64,000 nt of DNA, from the NCBI GenBank assembly GCA_951804945.1, contig OX638160.1:32736001-32800000 (forward strand). Reading direction: 5' to 3'. Below are positions 38,110-51,154 of the stretch, piece after piece. The stretch's first letter is position 1; the number at the start of each line of letters is the position of its first letter. This DNA is from Podarcis cretensis (Eukaryota). The notes under the pieces are model-generated. The model saw only the letters and a list, made by a program, of their open reading frames with translations, was not told the origin of the DNA and searched no databases. Both the position numbers and the translations under genes were made by a program.

Positions 38110-39261
38110 TTTGTCCATGACAGGGAATCCGTTGACACTCAGACTTGAGAATAAAGGCTTGCTAAGTATTTTCCCTCTAGACTTTTCATTTCTTGCTAGT
38201 CATCTTGACGTTTTTCACACTCAACAAGGAATAAATCAGACCTGCCCCATCCTCTAAACAATAAGCAGTTTTGATGTGAAGTGGAGAAATGATACTTTTT
38301 GACCTCTAAGGATTATAAAGTACAGGCACTGAGAATAAGTCATTCTCATTCAAGCCATGTTCAAGTCTGCAGGCAAACTCAATTGCTCTGTATGAAAACT
38401 TCTCTGCCAGACTTTAAAACTGCCAAGATAAACCTACAGCCATGCTGTTCAGAAAAAGGAACATGCCGGAGATGGTGTCTAAAATGAGTCCTGAGCAGAG
38501 CCTTGGAAATAACCACATCTGAGCAGCTGCTATTAGAGAAGGGAAGCATGCATTATTGGACATAAAGAAAGATACGTCACAATTTTACTTTTTTGGCAAA
38601 CAAAAATGGCAAAGCACTTCCTTGGCCAATGTTTCCCCTTTTATTTCCACGCTTCCTCCTCCCCCTGAAATCCATTATGTTTCACAAGACATATGACCAA
38701 GAAGATTGCATCTGGCAGTTTCCCCTTGACTATGACCACAAATTGCTATCTTATGAATCCACCAAAGACAGCCTCTGCTTTGATATTAAATAAGGCTCTA
38801 CTGACAGCATGACCAATTATTTCATAAGCTAACAAGGCCGATTCCACCTCCACCCCCCACCCCGACCTGGCCTAAAGTCTTACAGAAAAGAGCTTTGTCA
38901 GAAACTGCCAATTCGGGTGCAAATCAGAATTCAAGAGGCATCTTAATGGTTCACAGAAAGAGGCAGTTACACTCCACTTAAGCCTTAACTTTGGATCTCA
39001 GACCCACCCGTTCCCTGTAGGCTAATAGCGAACTGGTGCAAGACCTGGAAGTAGAGATAGCCATAAGTTGTTACAAGGAATTCAGTGGTTGTCTCAAGAT
39101 TTAGCCATGTTGACTTCAACTGCTGCACTCTAAGTATGAAGTCTGGACAATCGAGCCCAGTGTATTTATTTTCATTAGAATGTGCTCCCACAAATTATTG
39201 TTTCAAAGAGCAGTTTTCTTCTCACTGGAGAGAAAGCATAATGGAGCACAAGAACACAGGA

Positions 39262-39444
39262 TGTAGGAGGATGCTTTATACTGAGCCAGACCATTTGTCT
39301 CAATACTGTCTACACAGACTGGCAGCAGCACCTCCAGATTTCTGACAGGATTCTCTGTTAGCTCTACTTGGGGATGCCAGCAGTTGAACCAAGGACCTTT
39401 TGCCTAAAAAGCAGATGCTCTGGCACAGAGACAAGTCCCTTCCC
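39262..39444 (-). mobile_element. tRNA-derived SINE (same family as 11081)
   Basis: Reverse complement gggaagggac...agagcatctgctttttaggcaaaaggtccttggttcaactgctggcatc...aatggtctggctcagtataaagc. Confidence 0.7.
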
Positions 39445-39642
39445 TCCTTCTCCTGACCCCCCCCCCTTGATCCCTCAAACCCCTTGCTTCTAGCACCTCC
39501 CAGCTCATCCCTTCTGCAGACTGCTCTTCAGTGTCCTACCACCACGAACAAGGATCTAAGTCGTAATCTTCTGTGGTCCTCCCTGAGGAATTATTTGGTG
39601 GGCAGCTCCCAGCACTCTTCCTCATCCAACCAGTCCCTGATC
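39445..39642 (-). mobile_element. Truncated LTR related to 51650-52129
   Basis: Minus strand tg(a)tcagggactggttggatgaggaagagtgctgggag (RDWLDEEECWE) parallels tgtcagggactggactgaggaggaatgg (RDWTEEEW). Confidence 0.55.
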
Positions 39643-40539
39643 ATGAACCAAAATAATGTGGCTGACCTTGGGTATTCTGCACCTTGACTCTGAATGGTGG
39701 TGTCATTTGCTATTATGCCCCAAGCAGCAAAATGTCTTCGGCCATCCCTGTTTAGCCATGCCTTCTTTTAGATATTCCATTGCATTCCTGGAAGGAACTG
39801 GAAAGCAATCTCTTGTTTTATTTATATAAGAATTTTCACCCTGCCTTTCTGACATGTACACGAAGTGGCTTAGATCACCATTTCTCAAGAAAACCCCAAT
39901 ATCAAGCCAAAATGCAGAACATGCAGACAATAAGGTCAAGAGTTGGCTCTCAGTGATCAGAAGACCTATGGGTAAAGGTCGGTTACATCAAGGGACCTGC
40001 TCAAGTCCTTCATCTTCAGCTGTTCTCCAGTTGCCATCTGTCTCCAATGCTGCTGAAGAGGCCCTGAGTGGTGAAGAGGCCATGGAGGTAGAGGTCTCTG
40101 AGCAGCAAAAAGTAGCCATGGAGGAAGAAGGGAGAAGAGAGGGTTTTGGCAGAGCAAATTGAAAACCAAAAAGAAAATGAAAACTTAACAGTTGAGATGC
40201 TAGTATAAGACCCAAGAGCAACTCTAGAATCTGAGGCCTCCATTGGCACTGCTCACAGCTCTGAAAACCTGAACGCTGGTCATGAAAGAGACACGCCGGG
40301 CAGAAATTTAGCAATAAAACATAAGAGAACAGAGACAGGCAGGCACAGATAAAATAATCTCTTCAGATGAAACATCAAAGCCAAAAACCACTGAAATAAT
40401 TAGATGTAAAGAAAATGGAAGTAGAGTTTCTTGGTGATCTTGCCCTCTTTTTAAAACGAGAGACTGAACAACAGAGCAGGGGAAACCCTGGGCTCCATGG
40501 CGCACAGTACTCCATAATTTGGGTGTGGCAAGTGAGAAG

Positions 40540-40705
40540 GTGCTCACTCTGGTCCCAGTCAAAGGAGCCTTCCCCACAGAGGAGACACAGAAAAGGACCT
40601 CTACCTTGTTCAAGAAAGTGGTCTCTTAGGTATCTTGGACATTTTATGGCTTTAAAAGTCAACACCAACAATCTGAATTCTGCTTGGAAGCCAATAACCC
40701 GAAGA
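40540..40705 (-). mobile_element. Degenerate L2 fragment
   Basis: Encodes GFQAEFRLLVLTFKAIKCPRYLRDHFL, matching the L2 motif RVRFKVLLLTF...GPSYLRDRL. Confidence 0.7.
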
Positions 40706-42345
40706 CTGAGAGGAAGGGGTATCTGTGTGTCTGTTTTTCTAGTAGGAAGGGGAGTGTCCATACCTCATCTCCAAATGCCAAGATCCCAGTCAGCTTCAAC
40801 TGCAATAAATGCACTTGTGGTGTTTCCATAGTTACTTGGAGGAGCTGCATAACCCTCAACAGTGACTGATCAAACCAGCAAGTTTCCCAACCACCCTTGC
40901 TGTAAGGAAGGTACCCATCATGCATTCATGGCTGCTTGGGGATTTGAGCCTTGCAAGGCTCCCTTCTGAGCAACCACACTACTGCCTTTCCCACAAATTG
41001 GTGCAGGAGGGCTTCTATGGAGGGGTGGGATAGAATATGGGCAACCGTAATTGTGGGCTTAGCTAGCAGGGCCAGACAAATATCGTACAGCTTGATAAAA
41101 TATGTCTGCGACACATAACTGGGTGAGTACATTAAAAGCCATAAACTTCTAAGCTTGATATAAAGAGGATCAATGTCCATTGTCAAGTAAGGTTACTCAA
41201 GTAACAGGGACATGCAGTCTATTGTTACATGTTCTCTCCTGGCTGACATGTCAGAGGCCTTTGTGGAGACTAGGGCTTTGTAAGGAGATAGACCTGGAGG
41301 GAACTGAAGTGTTAGGGGAGATAGTCATAATCAGTGAGACCAAGGCAGTGAGGCTGAGCTAAACAGTATGTTAGTGAGGAATGTGATTTCTGGCGAACAA
41401 TAGAGTGAGAGCAAGTTAGTGGCTAGAGGAGCAAGTTAGCGAATGAGGGGCAGAGTTGAGACAAAACAACATAATAATGTAACTAGAATTTTGTACCGTG
41501 CTTCTGAGATAGTTCAGATGCTTAGCAGGGGATCCTCCCATGCAAGCTATAATGGGTAAAAAAGAGGTTATCATCAAAATCTATCTAAATGACTCAAGTA
41601 AAACAGCTTGCATTTTGCCTTATGGGTATCATTAGAACATGACCATCTCTCAATTTTGCTGGACTTTTGGACAGGATGTTCTCCGTGAGTTTCAACTCTT
41701 TGCTGCTTACACTGCCTTGCTCATTTGCCCTCTCCATCTGTGGTCATGGACTTTTTTAGTAAACACATTTCTTGCAAGTCAGTTACCTAAATTATTTAAG
41801 TGGTATCTACTCAGTTTTGAGAAGATAGCCAAAGAGTCCTACAATGGGTGTCCCCTACCAAGCTGTGTTTACAGCAGCCCAAGCAGGGTGAAATGGCTAC
41901 ATCTAGCCATTCTCTAAATTCCCCACAATTCCTCAGGGTGATGCTTGACACTGGGGGGGCATTTATGAGAATTTAAATGTGATCTAGAGAGCCTGACATC
42001 CTGGAGCTACTCAAGAGTTTGAGGCCAGGAAAAAAAACAATTTAAGAGACAAGCATCAACAGATGGTTTCACTAAATCTCTCACTACTCAATTTCTTTGT
42101 TGCTTCCAGAATTCCAGCTCCACTGTTTGTGCACTTCCCCAGTTTGACAAAATGTCTCCCACACACTCACACAATGTGCAGCCTGAGTGGCGCAGCGATG
42201 ACGGAATGCTGGCATAGCAAAATTCTTGACAGTTTAAATTCAAAAACTGACAGTTTGAAACACATATGCGTCTTTAACTGTCTTTAGTAAGAATGGGAAT
42301 CTCATATGAAACAAAAATATGGAAACACGATTATATGTGTTGTTG

Positions 42346-42949
42346 TGTGCTGGTCCTGGGGGGAGGTTACCGTGAGGCATGGTCAGAGTCCGGTCCTGGG
42401 TCAAGGGTCTGGAGACAGTCCACAAAGGGCGAAGCGGGGTCTGAAGCAAGAAGCCGGGGCGTGGTCGGGAACTCCGGAAGAACAGGTCTGGGTGCTGGCA
42501 GAAGCAGGTTTCCAGTGACGTTGCTCCCGCAACCTGGGACTGGGCTGACTGGCCTTTATCTCCTCTGAGGCCAGGGGCGGTCCCGGCCCACAGGTGACCC
42601 GCCTCTCCTGGCCTTAAGGTGAGCACTCCTCCTGGGAGAAACCAGTTCCCTCTGCCTCTCTGCCCTGAGCCTCTGCAGCTCAGGAGAGGCTGAAGCATTA
42701 CTGGACCCAGGGGCAGCTTCACCTTCCCCTGACAGGGCTGGGAGAGGCACACCTGCAGGCAATGGGTCCTCAATCATCTCCGGAGCCAGAGTGGATGCAT
42801 CTGGTGTCTGCTCCTGAGGACCCGGCACAGGTGCAGGCCCTTCAGATTCAAGCCCCTGCCCCGGCTCAGCCGGCCCTGGAGGCGGGGACTCCTGTGTAGG
42901 CTGGGACTCCTCAGATTCAGCTTCTGAATCAGATTCCCAGGCCATCACA
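42346..42949 (-). mobile_element. Solo LTR (Gypsy-like), 604 bp, containing a 129-aa ORF
   Basis: TGTG...CACA termini. Perfect 5-bp TSD TGTTG (42341-45, 42950-54). Confidence 0.9.
42556..42945 (-). CDS. LTR-embedded ORF: acidic/Pro-rich disordered protein ending SPELQRLRAERQRELVSPRRSAHLKARRG
   Basis: ATG at LTR base 5 opens 129 codons, homologous to the frame at 23251-23588. The ORF-track start at 43044 lies in the neighbouring LTR and is incidental. Confidence 0.5.
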   Translation of the reverse strand: MAWESDSEAESEESQPTQESPPPGPAEPGQGLESEGPAPVPGPQEQTPDASTLAPEMIEDPLPAGVPLPALSGEGEAAPGSSNASASPELQRLRAERQRELVSPRRSAHLKARRGGSPVGRDRPWPQRR

Positions 42950-42954
42950 TGTTG

Positions 42955-43368
42955 TTTTTGAAAAAGCCACTTCCACGATAACAAGGAGGTGGGGTTGTGG
43001 GCTCCAGCCCCTGCGATAACAAAGGGAATCCCCAGCCGCATCATACCCCGGGCCAGCCAATTGGCTGGCTCCGGGGGTGGGGCCTCGGCTATTTAAACCT
43101 GCCACAGCTGAGGCACCTCCTCTTTCCCTCGCTGCAGCTGACCCGGTGACACCGGTGGGAGGTCCTAGTTGATGTGCCTCAGCAGGACTCCTCCCACTGG
43201 TGATTAACCCTTCCGGCCTTCAAGCCGGTTAGTAGTTAGGACCAATGCCTAAGCCAATACCTCTCAATTCCTGTAATCAATAAAGTTGTGGCCTAATTTG
43301 ACCCATTAACCTGAATTCTTGTGTCCTGTGTCTTTATTTCCTCGGGGGAGGCGGGAACTCGCCACGCA
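42955..43368 (+). mobile_element. Solo LTR-like element with promoter and poly(A) signals
   Basis: CCAAT (~43058), TATTTAAA (~43090), AATAAAGTTGTGGCC (~43279), ending ...ccacgca. Its 5' end is overlapped by the 42346-42949 insertion. Confidence 0.65.
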
Positions 43369-44814
43369 AAGACCTATAGGCAGAACCACAACAGAGAACG
43401 TGCCCAGGTTTAACTTCTGGGTAAGAACAGGCAGAAAGATGTGGCAGTGAGGATGAGAAAATGGGGTTTCTGTGAGTGAACCTTGGGTACGAAAAGCACT
43501 TTAACCTTGAGAGAGATGCTAGTACATCAGTACAAAATAGCCATCACACGAGATGCTTAACTGCAATCCAAAAGATGCTCATGATGCTCTTTCAGTCTTC
43601 TGAGCCAATGAATGAGGCGCACTCAGTACATTTTGGGTATACACCAGCTTTCTTATGTAGATCAGGCTCCAGCAACAACAAAATAAGGGGGGGAAAGTAG
43701 TTGTGATTCTCAACTGAAGCTGGATTTATACAATGCTAGTTGGTCAGACCTCACCCCAATCCCAAAGGCACTTCTCCGTTATTGAAAGATAGGCCGTGTA
43801 GTATTTTTCGGTCAGGAAACAGTTGCAGCAGTGATATGGAGAATGATAATTATTTATTGAATAAAACAACAACTGCCTAGTCAGTGTTAGTAGGTCTCTC
43901 CCAAGCCTAGGCTACAGCGAACTAACCTCCCAGGCTCTAGGGATATGACTAATATTCCCTGGCCAGAGTTCCTCTGGGAATTTGCTTTAAAGCAACAGTT
44001 CCATCTACAACAGGCTGGCTTTTGTGTCAGTCATGAATCCATTCCCCCAACTTCTCAGAGCAGTTTATAACATGTAAAAAAAAAAAACAGTAAGCAACAA
44101 TTACATGAGCAGATAATGTATGTGTATGTTTAGGATTGCAGAATGGAGGAATCCGCCCACTTTAGTTTCACATTTTTCCAGTTCAATTTGTCATATTTCC
44201 ATACCAACATGCTATTTTCTTTTCAAACCCCTCGTAAACATTTATCAGTATTGTGCATTTTTCCTAATATGAACATTTCTGTAAGGAAGTTCCCTTAATA
44301 TAATACATTTTCATGAATATATGCCTTTTTATACACACTGTTCCCTGACATATGCATTTCTATAAACTTTGGGGTTTGAGGGTGGGGGGCGTTCATACGT
44401 ACATCAACACGTAACTGCAAATTTCAAACTGGCTGTGTTTCAGTTCACTCTTTCTTTTTAAGAGGTGCAGATTAGGTAGGTACTCATTAAATGCAGATTG
44501 AACCAAATTCCTCCCCCATCCTTACTCATCACAAGCATGGGGGGGGGGTGAAATTAGATCCAAAACCTGTACACGGGTCATTATTACAAGAGTAAAGGCT
44601 GGGAGTTGGTGGGAGAGAAAATCCCAAACTTACTCCATTTCAAGGGTATTCTGTTACCAGCATGACTGGCTGATTGACTGTCCTTCCCTCCTTTCTAGTT
44701 AAGGGCGGCAAGATGAAGCTCTTCTAAACACCCCACAAACTTTGAACCCAAGGAGAGGTGCCCCCTATCCTGTAAATCCTCCTTCCAGAGGAAGGTAACT
44801 TAGCTTGATTCTTG

Positions 44815-44980
44815 GATGCCATTATGCTTCTCAGTGGCAATCACAAGTGAGGAAAGCAGTGTGGCATTCAGGTCCTACTTGTGGACTTCCTATAGATGCC
44901 TATTTGGCCACTGAGAGAACAGGATGCTAGACTAGATGGGCCTATGGACTGATCCAGGAATGGTCTGCTTATGTTCCTAT
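44815..44980 (+). mobile_element. CR1 3' UTR remnant
   Basis: ttggccactgagagaacaggatgctagactagatgggcc...cttatgttcctatg. Confidence 0.7.
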
Positions 44981-45691
44981 GAGCCAAGAGGAACTAGACC
45001 CTAATGTATGGACATTAATTATCTGCCCTTAATCACATCATTAAAACGGATATGCAGTATTATTCAAAAGGATATTTGGGAAGCTTTTGAAATCCTTTCT
45101 TTCGCCACTGAGCTTTATCAATGTGTGTTATTTTTATACTCTGCCCTCCAGTAATTTATTGTGGTGTTCCCCTTCCCTTTCCTCTAGGGATTCGGGATGC
45201 AGGGAGGAGCACAGGTAAATGTTTTCACAGATTCAGGCAACATATAGAGGAATTACAGAAGCACTGGCTGCTCAGTCATATGCATAAGTTCAGTTAATTA
45301 ATTCCAAGGAAAGTTCATGATTATTTATCAACAGTTCTTACCTGGAATCCCTGCTGAATCATTCATACATTTATGTATGATTTGAACAACCTTTACTGAT
45401 TCACATTGAACCTTGAGGGCTTTTCAAACACTGAGGTCCAGAACATGATCAATCAATGAAGTGGTATACAATATTGCAACCTTATTTAATGAGACCAAGT
45501 TACATTAGTTGATGGGGAGAAAGTGCAAGCTATCAGAAGTGCAGGACGAAAATGATGTGGACTGAAACATTACTTAGGGATGGAGAGGTGGGATGAAGTT
45601 GCAAGGGGTCAGGGGCCTTTTTCTTCCTAAGGGTCAAATGTCTTTGTCAGGAAGTTTTCAGGGGTCACCTGCCGGTGGTGGACAGGGCAAA

Positions 45692-46009
45692 AGAATAAGA
45701 ACATAAGAAGTGCCCTGTTGGATTAGGTCAATGGCCCATCTAGTCCAGCATCCTGTTCCCACAGTGGCCAACCAGATGCCTGAGGAAGCCTGCAAGTTGG
45801 ACATGAGCACAACAGCGCTCTGCCCACCTGCAGTTCCCAGCACCTGGTATTCAGAGGCATACTGCCTCTGACAGTGGCAGTAGAGCACAGCCATTGTAGC
45901 TAGGAGCTGTCCTGCATGAATTTGTCTAATCCTCTTTTAAAGCCACTCAAGTTGGTGGTTATCACTGCCTCCTGTGGGAGTGGGTTCCATAGTTTAACTA
46001 TGTGCTGTG
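45692..46009 (-). mobile_element. CR1 LINE 3' end
   Basis: ataagaacataagaa tail, ggcccatctagtccagcatcctgttcccacagtggcc, and ttgtctaatcctcttttaaagcca...ttccatagtttaactatg (end of ORF2). Confidence 0.85.
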
Positions 46010-46349
46010 CAATGCAGCAAAGAACACAGATACAAGTGGACAGAAAAAAAAATGTTTATGATTCTTATCTTTGTACAGTAGCCTCCACCCCAGCCACACA
46101 AAAGCCAGAACTTTTTGCACACACAATTGTATCTTTCAATCCTCCATACAAGCAAGACATGGCATTGTTACAGCTCAAGGGCACATTCTAGCAGGGGTAA
46201 TTGCCTACTCCAGGAGGGTGCAGAGCAGGGCTTCTGAGATGTGTGGCCTCAGGAGAGTCCCAAGGCTCAGACATAGAGGCCTAGAGGGCTGCATTTGGCC
46301 TACACTTCCATGGTTCTGCCATAATGTAACAGGGAAGAAATTAAGATAA

Positions 46350-46650
46350 AGTCATGACTCCTGTATCTAGTAGTGATCTGGACACCAAAGCAGACAGACT
46401 ATAGGGGCACCAGTTGGGGAGCTAGGTTTGGGTCAGGGCTCAGAGCTGAGTGCAGAAGATGGAGAGACCATTGCACCTGAAGTGGTTGGACAAGAACTCT
46501 CAGAAAAACCTCCCAGATCACCATGGCCTGTAAGGACAGAGCCTGCACCCTCATGGACACCTTTCCCTGAGCCTGAAGGAGCAGGTGCTCACCACCACCC
46601 AACACCAGTCTGGTAGCACTGGGATGGGTGGTTCCCATTTCCCCATGATT
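46350..46650 (+). mobile_element. Decayed fragment resembling the ORF-bearing LTRs
   Basis: (a)GTCATGACTCCTGTATCTAGTAGTGAT start; remnant frames SELSAEDGETIAPEVVGQELSEKPPRSP...EPEGAG and VPISP*. Confidence 0.35.
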
Positions 46651-47580
46651 TCTTCACTCTAAGTTGCTCTCACTGAGTTTCAAATGCACTCGGTAAAGAT
46701 CTAGGGATTGTTATGAATCAGGCTTACAAATAAGTGCTCTGCCTGCTGTAGCCATCAAAAAGAAAAATAATGTTGTGACAATTAGGAAAGTTGCAGGGAG
46801 TAATTCATAAATCATCTTAATAGCTCTGCATAGGCTAATGACACGTTTTATCTTCAGTAATGTATACAGTGTTGGTTCTCCCAATTCAAGGAGGAAGGTT
46901 GTACCAAAGCAAGATGGTTCAGGGTTTGCAAAGTGGCACAGAGAAAACGTAAACAACCTTGGTAAGTTAATTCTGAATTATGGTGTGCTGCATTTAGGAA
47001 GCAATATGAAAATAGTGAATACTTAAGCCCTGACTCTTAATTCTGACTTAATTAATGTTTCTGATTGTTTATTTCTCTTCATAATGAAGAGATTCTTTTA
47101 GCAAAGAATAAACAACAATGCTCATAAAAGAATACATCAGCATCTAAAAATAGCTACATTTTTCTAGTGAATACAAGCCATCTCTGTAGAACACAACGGG
47201 TTGCCTCTGCTTCTGTCAACATGAGAGTATTTTATTGTCTTTGCAATATAAGCTGGCATGTACTTATACATGACATTGAGACAGGAAGGTCACTGCTTGC
47301 TATAAAGCCACAGAGAAAGTCACAGAAGTCAAGACAGGAAGGAAAGCCTCAGAGTGTTAAGGCTGACTTACATGAACAATTCCTGTGCTTCTGCATGTAG
47401 CTTGATGGCTGGGATTGTGTACATGTGCTGAAAACAATCACACCATGTTTAGGAAGTGTCAGTTTCCTGTATGGATCTCAGCCCAAGATCAGAACCCCAA
47501 CACTGCAACGTACAAATACTTTTTTAAAAGTGGGGGTATTAGAAATATGTTGAAATACTGTTTGGCAAACCAGACCCAAG

Positions 47581-48975
47581 ATGATGATGATTTATTAACT
47601 TTGTATACCGCCATTCATCTGAAGATCACAAGGCAGTTCACATCATAAAAGTACAATATGAGAACACAAAATACATAATAAAACAAAAATAAAACAATAA
47701 CCCCCCCAAGCACATTTAAAAGACCATAGAACCAACCAAGGGCCTAGTTATAAAGAAGCATTTTCACCTGGTGCCAAAAGATATGTAATGAAAGCACTGG
47801 GAAAGCCTCCCTTGGGAGAAAACTTCACAAACAGTGAGCCTCTGGACCTCTCATGGAAGAGGCAAACAAAAATGGGCCTCTGATGATGATCGCAGCGTCT
47901 GAGTTGGTTCATATGGGAAGAGGCAATCCTTGAGGTATTGTGGTCCTGAGCAATTTAAGGCTTTCTAGGTAAAAACCAGCACTTTGAATTGGGCAGTAAG
48001 ACTAGGATTGGTGTAATATGCTCAAACTGTCTTACCTTGGTGAGCAACCTAGCCTCTGAATTCTGCACCAGCCGAAGTTCCAAAACTGACTTCAGAGTAA
48101 TCTAACCTCTGGGTTACCAGAGCACAGACAACAGAAGTTCAGCTATCCCTGTCCAGACAGGGGTGCAATTGAGCCACCAGCCAAAGCTGATGGAAGGCAT
48201 TCTGTGCTACTGAGGCCAACCAAGCCTCAAACGATAGCAAAGGATTCAGAAGTAGCCTCAAACTACATACTCACTACTTCAGAGGGAGTGTAACCTTATC
48301 AAAAGCAGGCAACCTCATGTCTATCCAGTTGAGGGAACCACTCACTAACAGTACTTCTGTCTTATCAGTTTCTTGACTCTCATCCAGTCTATTACTAAGG
48401 CAAGATAAGTTCAGCACATCCACTGCCACACCAGCAGATGTAAAAGATATGAAGAGCTGTATGTCATCAGCATACTTCTGGCAAAGTACTCCAAAACTCC
48501 AGATAATTCCATCCAACAGTTTCATTTAGATGTTAAACAGCACAGGATAAAACTGAGGAACCCCACATTGAAGGCTCCATGGGACCGAAGATCACTCCCC
48601 AAGCATCACACTCTGTAAAGGACAATCCAAGTAAGACCAGAACCATCACAAAGCTGTGCCCCCACCCATAATTCAAGGCAACCATTCCAGAAGGATACTG
48701 TGGTTGATGGTATCAAAAGTCACCAAGAGGTCAAGGAGAATTAACAGGGGGACATTTCCCCTGTCCCTCTCCCAGCAGAGGTCAGCATACAGGGCAACCA
48801 AAGCAGTTTCTGTGCTGAAACTGGGCTCAAACCCTGACTGAAATGGATCTAGAAAACAAGTTTCCTCCAAGAAGTCCTGGAACTGGTCTATGACCAGTCG
48901 TGCAAGAACCATGCCCAAGAAAAGGGAAATTGACAACTGGTTGGTAATTCTTTAGATTTTCCTTCTCTAAAGACC
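47581..48975 (-). mobile_element. Degenerate L2 LINE (RT domain to 3' tail)
   Basis: Encodes LKNYQPVVNFPFLG, FLDPFQSGFEPSFSTETALVAL, LLILLDLLVTFDTINHSILL and KYADDIQLFISF, with frameshifts and stops. L2 tail near 47581-47650. Confidence 0.9.
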
Positions 48976-51154
48976 ACTGCACAAATATCAGGGACACTGG
49001 ATACATTAAAAGGAAAGACAAATTCACTATCATACTGGCCAAGTTTTCAAGAAGTAAATTAGATATTCCTCATCAGCATCTCAGAATAAAATGTCTAAAT
49101 TGTTATTCTCCATTTTATATGTACAGGGAGATATATATATTTTAAGGGGCATTAATATCGGCAAATATCACTTGTTGTTTATAATATTATTGTTCCAAAA
49201 AATGCATACCTCATGGCCTCTCCAAATGTGTGTTTTGGCATTTAGCTGCCTCCCTGGAGATGACTAACAGAAGAACCTATTGGCCTCTGCCATTAGCCTT
49301 TTCTGTCCAGAATTCTCCAAGGCCAAGGGGAAGTATCTGTGGCATCAAGAACTTCCTGTACGGGATGCCTCCAAGAAAGTGAGTCACCCAGAAAAATCAA
49401 TAAGGTCATTGCTGCCACAAATGTTTGGGCACGTAGCCAATTCAGTGCCCTTTTACCACCAAGGATAAATGGATAAATGGATAATGATGGGTTGGCATAG
49501 GCTGAGCAGCAAGGGGAAGAGGAAAGACTGGGTGACAGGTTCCCTCCCATTCTAAGAAGCCAATATTACCTGGGTAAGACACTATAGCTACTTGCAGGTG
49601 ACCAGTTTATTGAGTAGACAGTGTTAGCTATTTAATGAGTATTTATTCTGCTTCATTTGTGGGGGAGTTAGATGACATTGTTCCCAAGCATTGTTCCCAA
49701 GCAAGTGTTATCCCATACATCAAGTGTATTTTCCTATCACTTTCCTTACTTCAAAAAATCCAGTTTTGGGGGAAGAGGGTTTGTTGCACATGACCTCCCA
49801 ATCAACTATAATCGTGAAACATGAATTTCCCAGTATTTGATTGAATACCATCTGGAAATAGCAACTGTCTGGAAACAGAATTGGTGCCTATTGAAAAAAA
49901 CAACTAAGAATCTGTGTGGGAACCCCTGGTTTTCTTGTTTTATCTTCTGCTTTGTTTTTACAATCAAGCAGTGTATAAATTTATGAAATAAATAAATATG
50001 CTCCCATGTGGCAGCTCACTGGCACAGCCAAAGCACAAATGAATAAATACCCATAGACTAAGCAAAAGAAAAGCAGGGAGAGAGTGTGGAACGTGTTGTC
50101 TTTGTTGTGTTGTGAAATTGCTTCAAGATGCTGCATAGGAAGTGATACATAAATAATAATAAAATAAAATAAAATAACAATGATGGTGATAATGAGTATG
50201 ATGTTAGAAAGACAAGCTTTCCTGGCACCTAAAATGGAGGTTTGCCCTATGCCCTTTGAAAATGGAAGCCAATAATGTCAAGCTGACCACACCTTTGCAG
50301 CCATAGTCAATGTAAATCACAGGTTAATCTCAGTTCCATAAGAGACTAATGGATTTGGGCAAGAACACTTTCTTGCAGCTAAGCAAGTTAATGCTTCACA
50401 GGTTTTTCAGCTGAAAGCCCATCGGGGATTGTTTGTGTAAAGAGATGAGGAGCGTGGATAGTGCCAAAGATCAATACAGTGAGGAGGGAATTATCCAGGT
50501 ATCCCACCTGGGGGAAGGCAAAGCCAAGCCTATGCTGTTGGGGCCGCTCCAGATCTAGGGGCTGCATGTGTCCACGCAAAGGGCGCCCCCCGTTTTAAGC
50601 GGGGAGCGGTCATTTTGTGCTTTTTTTTCAAGGGCTGCATATTTGTCTCTGCAGTCTTTGGTGACATTATTTTTTTCAAAAGCAAACTATCAGTAATCTC
50701 TGTGATGTAACCTATGTAATTCAGAGATTCATACATGTTGCATATATTATAGTGCACAGTGGGAAGTGGAATAAAAGACTTTCTTGTTCAATTGCATGAT
50801 ACTGTAAAGACTGGGACATTAAGGAAAAGTAAGCCGTGGTCTTCAGTGTAGCTATGCATGAACCTGCCATAAAACTGGGTCATCACAAGCAGTCCCCGCT
50901 TGGCTGACATTTCCTTTTAAAGTGCAAACTGAATGTAATACAATAATATGGTGCATGCTATGGAAAGGCATCAAATGCTTTCAGCTAAATTAAGCGTGTG
51001 TTTCCCCCCCCCCTTTCTTCTCCTAGCAACATGCATCACAATACATACCACCATATTATTAAGTGTGGTGGCGGCCCCATCCCATAGCAAATGTGGTTGC
51101 CTTGCCTGGCATCACAGGGGTATATGTGTCAATGTGGTTTCTAAAAAATAAGTG

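Noticed and set aside
38039-38257. Poly-Ile ORF
   Set aside because: Translation of an (AAT)n microsatellite.
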